Origin: a bacterium
GTDB lineage: Bacteria; Electryoneota; JAOADG01
Reading direction: 5' to 3'
Assembly: GCA_963681965.1 (NCBI GenBank)
Contig: OY820579.1
Coordinates: forward strand, 3,424,001-3,488,000
DNA: 64,000 bases
The notes beneath the pieces were generated by a model. That model searched no databases. It was not told the origin of the DNA and saw only the letters and a program-made list of their open reading frames with translations. Below are positions 10,441 to 18,900 of this stretch, piece after piece (position 1 is the first letter of the stretch; every line of letters starts with the position of its first letter). The position numbers were made by a program, and so were the translations under genes.

Positions 10441-10554
10441 GATTTATTAAAATGTCTTACGATATTATAATACTAAATTATTATTGGTGAATTGTTTTAT
10501 TAAATCTCTTGATTAAAAGTTATCATAATTTGATCTCAGGTCTAGTCGATCAGC

Positions 10555-10597
10555 GGGCGGACACGGGGGTCCGCCCCTACTATTGATGACAACTCAC
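10555..10597 (-). repeat. GTAG-type REP palindrome plus conserved tail; left member of a direct repeat pair flanking the LVIVD gene
   Basis: gggcggacacgggggtccgcccctac tattgatgacaactcac; the reverse complement of the REP begins GTAGGGGCGG. Confidence 0.8.
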
Positions 10598-10630
10598 TTC
10601 TGAGACCACGGAAATTTTGTGGGAGTAACT

Positions 10631-12802
10631 ATGCACCGACTGACTTCTGTTACAATTTTGATGATCGTACTTGCTCTCGCCACGACCGCACTGGCACAGG
10701 ACAGCAGCGGTGTTACCTGTGAAGCTTCACGGTTCTTGAATTGGGGACATACTGCCAATATCGCGGTACGCGGCAATTATGTCTATGCCAGTACCGGAGA
10801 AACTGGCTTACATATCGTCGATGTCAGCGATTCAACGAACCCGATCGAAACCGGATCCTGTATCACTCCCGGTTATACTTTGGGAATCGCGCTATCGGAG
10901 AACTACGCCTATGTCGCCGATTCCGCGAATGGATTTTCCGGTCTTCAAATCTTCGATATCAGCAATCCCGCAACACCATTTCAAGCAGGATTTGTTCCAC
11001 TCAGCACGGCGCCGATTTCAGTATTTATTGTAGATCATTATGTGTATATCGGCGAGAATTACGGTATCCGAATCCTTGATATTACTACTCCCACCGAGCC
11101 GATATTTGTTCGCATTTTATCGTCCGGATTGGTGTATGAATTTGCCCGGAGTGGAAATTCACTGCTGGTTGCGAGCAATGCGTTTCGAATTTACAACATC
11201 GCCGATCCGGCAAACCCGGTATTAACCGGATCGTTAGCCTACGATTGTCGCCATGTCACTGTTGATAGTAATTACGTCTATATTTCAGGTCCGACAAATT
11301 TTCGTGTGATCGACATCAGTAATCGATTCAACCCACAACAAATTGCGTATCGATATCAGTCTTACGATGCCGGGAATACGTCCATTGCGGATCACTACGC
11401 ATACATTGCCTCTAGCAATCGAATGATTATTTTCGACATCACGAATCCTCGCTCTCCCGTTCCGATCGATACTGTTGTGGCACCGTTGTACGCCTCGATA
11501 TCGAAAACCTTCGGCAATCGATTATATCTAACGAGCTGGACCGGTTTTTCAATTTTCAATATCGCAAATCCCGCTGCGCCGCAGTTAACAAGCGAATCGC
11601 CCGATCAGGGCTGGGATTTCGATGTCGTACAATCCGGGAATTATGCGTACCTCGCCGATGGTCGAAGTGGATTGCGTATATACGATGTCAGCAATCCAGC
11701 GCAACTGGTGCAAATCAGTCGATGTCTCATGCCCGGTTTTGCACGAAGCGTCACGCTCTCGGGACAGTATGCATACGTCTCGGCACGAAATGGCGGGATG
11801 CGAATCATCGATGTCAGCAACCCAGTTACTCCATTCGGAGTGGGAAATTTCACGGATTCAGGAATGACAAGGGGATATGGCATTGAAGCGATAGCGGTTT
11901 CGGGACGATATGCCTATCTAGCCGATCAAGATGTTTATTTTCCCGATTCGAGTCGCGGAATCAGAATTGTCGATATTGATACGCTTTCAGCTCCACATCA
12001 GGTCGGTAATTATCAACATGACAGTTTTCATCCGTTAGCAGTGAAGGTGGTTGGGAATTATGCCTATGTCAGTGATGGTATTGGGCTGGAAATTCTCGAT
12101 CTGACTAATCCAACAGCACCGACGTTAGTTAGTAGTTTTGTTACCAGTAATGCCTTTTATAGTACGCTCCATAACCTGACCATATCGGGACATTATGCGT
12201 ACTTGCCGAAAACGTCTTATGGCGTATGTATAGCCGATATCGCCGATCCCGCTACGCCATTGGAAGTAGGCACGATGAACACTCCGGACAACGAAGTGTA
12301 CAGTGTCGCTGTGTCCGGTAATTACGCATTCGTTACTTCGGGTTTATCGGGCTTGCGAATTTTCAACATCAGTAATCCGGCAGCGCCGATTGAAATCGGG
12401 TACTACAATACACCCGGTCGTGCCGTCGGTGTTTCGGTTTCCGGATCGCACGTGCTGGTTGCCGATTACAATTATCTCAGCAGTTACAATTGCGAGCAGG
12501 CGCTGGGCGTAGTCGATCGCGTGCCATCCGAATTGCCGCTGCAATTGACGTTGCGACAGAATTATCCCAATCCCTTTAATGCTTCGTCGACCCTTGAATA
12601 TACCCTCCCCAAAGCGGGGAAAGTGGAATTGAAGTTGTTCGATCCGATGGGTCGCGAAGTTGGAACACTGGTCGATTTTCAGCAATCGGCGGGAAGTTAT
12701 CGCGTGAAGTTGGATGGCAGCACATTATCCTCTGGAACCTATTTCTGCCGGTTGTCGTGCAACGGAAATAGTGCAATCAAAAAAATGGTGTTGTTGAAGT
12801 AA
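10631..12802 (+). CDS. Secreted LVIVD-repeat (beta-propeller) protein with T9SS/FlgD-like C-terminal domain
   Basis: Signal peptide from ATG 10631 (GGGAG RBS); about 14 repeats of 'V.GNYAYVAD...GL.I.DISNP..P...G'; C-terminal 'QNYPNPFNAS...SGTYFCRL...KKMVLLK'. Confidence 0.9.
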   Translation: MHRLTSVTILMIVLALATTALAQDSSGVTCEASRFLNWGHTANIAVRGNYVYASTGETGLHIVDVSDSTNPIETGSCITPGYTLGIALSENYAYVADSANGFSGLQIFDISNPATPFQAGFVPLSTAPISVFIVDHYVYIGENYGIRILDITTPTEPIFVRILSSGLVYEFARSGNSLLVASNAFRIYNIADPANPVLTGSLAYDCRHVTVDSNYVYISGPTNFRVIDISNRFNPQQIAYRYQSYDAGNTSIADHYAYIASSNRMIIFDITNPRSPVPIDTVVAPLYASISKTFGNRLYLTSWTGFSIFNIANPAAPQLTSESPDQGWDFDVVQSGNYAYLADGRSGLRIYDVSNPAQLVQISRCLMPGFARSVTLSGQYAYVSARNGGMRIIDVSNPVTPFGVGNFTDSGMTRGYGIEAIAVSGRYAYLADQDVYFPDSSRGIRIVDIDTLSAPHQVGNYQHDSFHPLAVKVVGNYAYVSDGIGLEILDLTNPTAPTLVSSFVTSNAFYSTLHNLTISGHYAYLPKTSYGVCIADIADPATPLEVGTMNTPDNEVYSVAVSGNYAFVTSGLSGLRIFNISNPAAPIEIGYYNTPGRAVGVSVSGSHVLVADYNYLSSYNCEQALGVVDRVPSELPLQLTLRQNYPNPFNASSTLEYTLPKAGKVELKLFDPMGREVGTLVDFQQSAGSYRVKLDGSTLSSGTYFCRLSCNGNSAIKKMVLLK

Positions 12803-12844
12803 GTCTGGTGGAAATTAATCTCATCATCCATGATTAGATGCGAT

Positions 12845-12908
12845 ATCAGGCTTCGCCAGAACGAAAGGCGGGCGTGGGAGCCCGCCCCTACAATCGACGA
12901 CAACTCAC
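12845..12908 (-). repeat. GTAG-type REP preceded by a short tcaggcttcgcc hairpin and followed by the conserved tail; right member of the direct repeat pair
   Basis: atcaggcttcgccaga...ggcgggcgtgggagcccgcccctac aatcgacgacaactcac; the same composite occurs at 59294-59340 in the opposite orientation. Confidence 0.8.
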
Positions 12909-12917
12909 GCTCACGAA

Positions 12918-12950
12918 CAAAAAAAAACGCCCGGAAGTATCCGGGCGTTT
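12918..12950. terminator. Probable bidirectional intrinsic terminator between convergent genes
   Basis: A tract-aaacgcccgga-agta-tccgggcgttt. Confidence 0.75.
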
Positions 12951-12978
12951 GGTGGATATCAACAGTACATATTATAAA

Positions 12979-15900
12979 TTACTTACTGATCTTCATAACG
13001 CGATTCGGCAGAGCCGTCTGTCGCAATGCATCCGATGGCGCCATGTCATCGCTGCTATTGTCGGTGAATGCGCGCACCCGGTAAAATCGTTTCGGTGCCA
13101 GAATGACGGCATTAGTGTCGGTCCAACTGGTGTTGGCAGCACCGCTCAAACTGGTTCGCAGCAGCCAGGTACTCAAATAGGTATCGCACGAATAGACGCG
13201 ATAACCCGTCACAGTCATCAATCGTCCCGCCGTCGAACTATCGACCCGCGACCAAGTGAGCAGTGTATTCTGATTCGATACCGATACCGACAAGTTTCGC
13301 GGTACCGCCGGTGTATCGATTCCGGCAATGTGGAAAACAAGATTACTGGTATCGCCATCGGTCGCAAACCAATCTGAGAAGATCCGGAGTCGCGCATTGT
13401 TCGTCGTCGCGCCACTCACCGTCCAGACTTCGAGCGAATCGTTCGGTATCGATGCAAATAGCGTTTCCCACGTTCCGGAAGGATAGTTGCGATCCAGTTG
13501 AATCGTAACCGTTCCACCGAGAATCTTGCTGCTCCACCGAATGGTATCCTGATGTCCGAGGTAAAGAGTTTCACTGCCGTTCGGTCGAACAACCATCGGT
13601 TCCAAACCACCATTGGTCAATGCCCACTGCGACAAATGATTTAAGTTATTGAGGGTGAATTTGTACGAGTTTGTCGTACCGTTGTCTAGTGCAATTGTTC
13701 CACCCGATTGAAAGTGCCACGTCGTTCCGCCATCGTCGCTATAGACCGCATGAATGGCAGGCGACGAGGTGAGAGGATCGCCGATACCCGATGGTAAATT
13801 GCTCGTGGTAAACCGCAAGCCCAGCGAAGCATTGAGATACTGTTCTTGAGTCGGTGTAGTGATCCAACATCGGGTAATCGTTCGTTCCGGCGTCAATGCA
13901 TCGATGTTATACGGTGAATACGAGAGCTCGATACGATCCGGATTCGTGTACAATCCCGTTTGTGTCGGGAACGATAATTCCACTGGAGGAAGACTATTCG
14001 ATGCCAGATCGTAGGGTATCACCGGCGACCAAGCAATATGCGAATCGACGAGGAAGCTCGGATTGGACGACATCAGCGAGATCGACGACCACGGGTAATA
14101 CGACACACTGAACGGGAAGTCCGAGGTATCGCTGGTAGTCGTTTCAGTGACACCGCGAATCCGAATCTTCGCACTGATGGTCGGATTCCCGGTCGGCATC
14201 CAAACTAGCGTTCCACCGTTCGTCTGGTTAGCAGCCAGATTCTCCCAACTTCCGGTAATTGTTCGCCGCAAATCGATGGCGACATTTCCAGTCAAATTGA
14301 TGTTCGACCATTTGATTGTATCGGGCAAACCTAGATAGAATATTTCGCCATCATTCGGTCGAGTCACAGACACCGATGAATTCACGATCTTGAATGGCGC
14401 CGCCGACCAGTCTTCCAGCCCGTAGTAAGTATCGACAATATGGATATAGGCACTATCGGTCAGTGTTCCGGTTGGTGTCCAGACATAGTAACCACGCCGT
14501 GAGGGAATCGTATCGACTGCCGAGATGATTTCCTCGATACCGTTGATTCCGTTACGCAACAGGAAGAGCGAGACATTCCCGGTATAGGTCGCAACCCAGC
14601 GAATCGTGTCGGCACGATTCCGGATAAACGCTTCGCCGCCATTCGGTCTGGTCAAGGTGATCTGCCGGTCCTGAATGGAAAACGCCGCGTCGGACGTATC
14701 CGCTGCAGTCGCATACGATGCTGGAATGATTGCGATTCGCGCATTCGTCGTCGAGGTTCCCGACGGTGTCCAGAGATAGTAACCGCGACTTACCGGTACC
14801 GCAGTTGCCCCCGGAACCGTCAACCACGGCGGGTTTGGATAACTTCGGGTGTACTTGATCTGCACATTGCCGGTCACATCGCGCGAGGTCCATTTGATCG
14901 TATCTGCGACATTCAGCGTGAGTATTTCACCACTGTTCGGATAGCCGATCTTCACAGTGCGTTTGTAGATTTCGAAATTCGCGTCGGAAGTATCGCCGAC
15001 CGTTGGTGTGGTATACGACCGGATTCGAATTCGCGCATTCACCGTCTCCGTTCCGGCAATCGTCCACGCTTCCTTACCATCATTTGCCGTGTTGGAGAAG
15101 AGGGTTTCCCAAGTCGTCGAGGGATAATTGCGGTTGAGTTGAATCGACACATTCCCGGATAGCGTCGGCGCACTCCAGCGAATGGTATCGACTGCGCCAA
15201 CCCGGAACGCCTCCCCACCATTGGGATAGGTCACCGACACCACCGGCATTGCCCCGGAGGATCGAATAACGGTATTGGCATTGGACGTATCGCCATCGCT
15301 GGTATACAGTGTCGAAACGATCCGGAACCGTGCCGCCGATGTGATAGCACCGGACACCACCCAATTCTCGAGTGAATCGTTGGCAGTCGAAGTGATAATC
15401 GATTCCCAATTGCTCGATGGATAATTCCGATTCACTTGAATGGCGACATTCCCGCCGCGAATCGAATTTGTCCAGCGGAATGTAATCGTATTACCGATCA
15501 CGATCGTATCGTTGCCATTGGGATAGGTGAGTCGCGGCTGCAAACCGTCGTTCGTCAATGCCCACATCGACATGTGACTGATACCGGCTACTGAAAATTG
15601 GAAGGTAGTACCACCACTAGTACCCGATGCGAGATTGTCGACGGTACACGCACCACCGGGTTCGTAGATCCACGTCAAACCGTCATCATCGGAATATACT
15701 GCCATCAGTCCGGGATCGGCATTCACCGGATCAGCGATTCCGAAAGGTAAATCAGCAGTACTAAATCGCAGTGTCAAATCGACGGATTCAAATTGCTTCG
15801 ACGAAGGATCGATTGTCCAATACCGGTTAATCCGCTTCGCCAAATCGTCGGTATCGGACCGGCGATAGAATACGCGCACCGTATCGGGATTCGGGTGACC

Positions 15901-18900
15901 TGCCGATTGCGCCGGGAAGTGAATATCGACTGGCGGACGATTCCCCGTCGATGCATCGTAGGGAATCGGAGGCGACCACTCATTCAATAAGGCAGTACCG
16001 GTGTTTGGATTCTTAGCAAGGAACGCCAACAGCCAACTGTAATTTTCGATATTGAAGGTGTAGTCGGAAGTATCCCAAATCGCAGCATTGCTGACTGATC
16101 GAATCCGAATCTTCGAATTCTGATTGGCAACGCCGGTCGGCGACCATAATACTGATCCGGTATTGGGCGTACTGGCGATGATGTTTTCCCACTGCGCCGT
16201 ATAACCGCGCCGTAAATCGACGGCAAGATGACAAGTGTCGCTCAGGTTGTAGCTGTTCCAACGGATCGTATCCTGCAATCCGAAATAGAAATGCTCACCA
16301 TCGTTCGGTCGCGAGATCGTAATGGTGGAACTGACGATGCGGAATGGCACGTCGCTCCAGTCGTCAATGCCCAGATCGGTGTCGACGATGTAGATGTACG
16401 CATTGTCCGATAATGGTGCGGTAGGCGTCCAATGACAGTGGCCATCGGTCGATGAAACTCCCGATGCAATTAATTCTAGTTCGACTGGATCGATTCCATT
16501 ACGACTTACATAAACATCGTAGCGTGTCGGATAGGTTGTACTCCAACAAATGGAATCCGGTCGCCCGACGATTAATTGTTCGCCCCCTGCCGGACGAGTG
16601 ATGACTGCTTGACGATTGACGATCGCGAAAGTTTCAGTCGTGTCGCCATACTGAGGATAACCATTCGGTATCACTGCAATTCGTGCGGAATTGGTTGGCG
16701 CGCCCGACGTCATCCATAGATACTGGTAGCTTGACGATGAAACATTGTTGGCAAGCGTTATCCAAATCGGTCCGGGATAGGCGCGATTCAATTTGATCGT
16801 GTAATTGGTAGCACCGTGCCAATCGCCATAGTTCCAATTGATTGTGTCTTGTTGACCGACAAAGAAAGTGTCGATACCGGACGGATGGAAGATTGTTTCC
16901 AATAAACTGTAACTAATCAAACTGGTATATTGCGGTTGTGAAATCGATGAAATGCGAAACACTGCGGATGCTGCCGGAGCGGTGACTGTCCAAGTTTCAT
17001 TCCCGTCGTTCGGAGTAGTATCGAATAACATTTCCCATGTACCGGTGGGATAATTGCGATTCAAATCGATCCGTACATTTCCGGGTAAGTTGCTGGGAAG
17101 CCACTGTAATGTCAAAGGTAAGTGAATACGCGGTCCGTAACTGTAACTATTGTAGTTTATCACGGATAGCGGATAGTAGATCTTCACATTATCGGAAGTA
17201 CTAGTCCGGAACGGCTCTTCGACACTTTCCAAACGGAAATTGGTCTGACCACTATATCTTCCGAACGTATTGGTAAATCCGAATAGGGAAGAATCGACAG
17301 AATAGATGTAACTACCCGTATTGGGCACATTATCGAAGATGGTGACCCAGCTACCCGGCGGTATTGAATTCCACTTCTTAATCCGAACATGTCCACCGAC
17401 GTTCGATTGCCAGCGAATCGTGTCGGTCATTCCGACATAGATCGTATCGACAGTTGAAGTATTCAACAATGAGAATATCGGTATAACGAGCGAGAAATCG
17501 CTGTCGCTCATATCGGTCAGCGTTGGATACCGCTCCGATACGACTCGAATTCTTCCCTGCGTCGCCGCAGTGAGAAGCGAATCACACCAATCGAAAGATC
17601 CCGATGCGGGAAGTCCATTGGCGATCAGGCTCCATACGCGTGTTGTTGCAGCCTCGCGACTGTATTCCAGCCGCACGGTTCCCGATAAATTTGTCGTCCA
17701 GCTAACGTTGGTGTGACGACCGTAAATAATCGATTCACCTCCATTTGGATACACGATACTGAGTGTCGGTTCGAAGATTGAAAAATCAGTCGAATTCGAA
17801 TCACTCATCGTGGGATTCTGTACTGAAGTGATCTTAATGCGGGCATGAGTAGTCGCCGGTGCTGTGACCGGATTCCAGAGATATGAATGTGACGTTTCGG
17901 GAATATTTGCAGAGAGCGATGTCCAAGTACCAATCCCGCTAGCGCGGTTGAGTTCCACATTCACCGATTGAACGCCGGAAACGTTATACTTGATTGTATC
18001 GACTTGTCCGATCGGGTAGGCATCTCCTCCGGCGGGCTTGATCAATTTCACCGCTAATGGTTCATCGACACCAGCAGCGGGCGTTACCGGATTTCGCCGG
18101 GTACTATCGAAATCGGTCATTGCCCAACTGATCGGCGATCCGCGGAATAGTGCCGGGCTACCCGATAACAGATGGTAATCAAGATTGGTTCCCATCGCAG
18201 ATAAGCATGGGTCGCCCCAATATGAATTGGGATCGACTGTACTGGACTTCCATGTTGACCAGGGAACCGCCGATTCCGGTGTAAACACATCAACTGCGGC
18301 ACCGCCTCCAAGTTCGATCGGACAATACAAAACATTGTTGTCGATCGTTCCCGATTGCCATGCACGGTAATAAATTACATGTCGATTTGTCGCCGAATGA
18401 CTACCATAACTAGCATTCACAAAAATATTGTTGCGTACAATTCCCGTTTGAATTCGGGCACAAGCAGATCCGTATGTCGAATCGCAGTCCAGCACGACGG
18501 TATTGTGAACGATGTCGGAGTTACCCTCACTGTAGATACCGAAGACCCGGAAACCAGTTGCTTGCGAGTTATTGCGAAGATCGTAAATCACATTGTTCGC
18601 AATCTGAATCACATTATTGGTATAACCGACATCGATTCCAAACACCATTCCCGAACCCGAAAGGATCGATAGATTGTGAATCCGATTGCGCACGAACTGG
18701 CTCGCTGCCACGTCGGATTGCGCTTGGATACCGTAGGTGTAATCGCTGGTCGTTAACGCAACATTCTGAATCGTGCAGTCGTGCACATTAATCCCAAATT
18801 GTCGATTCAGAAATATTCCGTAGCCGACACTGTTGGTCGCACCGACCGTGAAGCGATTGGGATCATCCGGATTGGCGGTCGTAGAACCGATTTCATTGCA

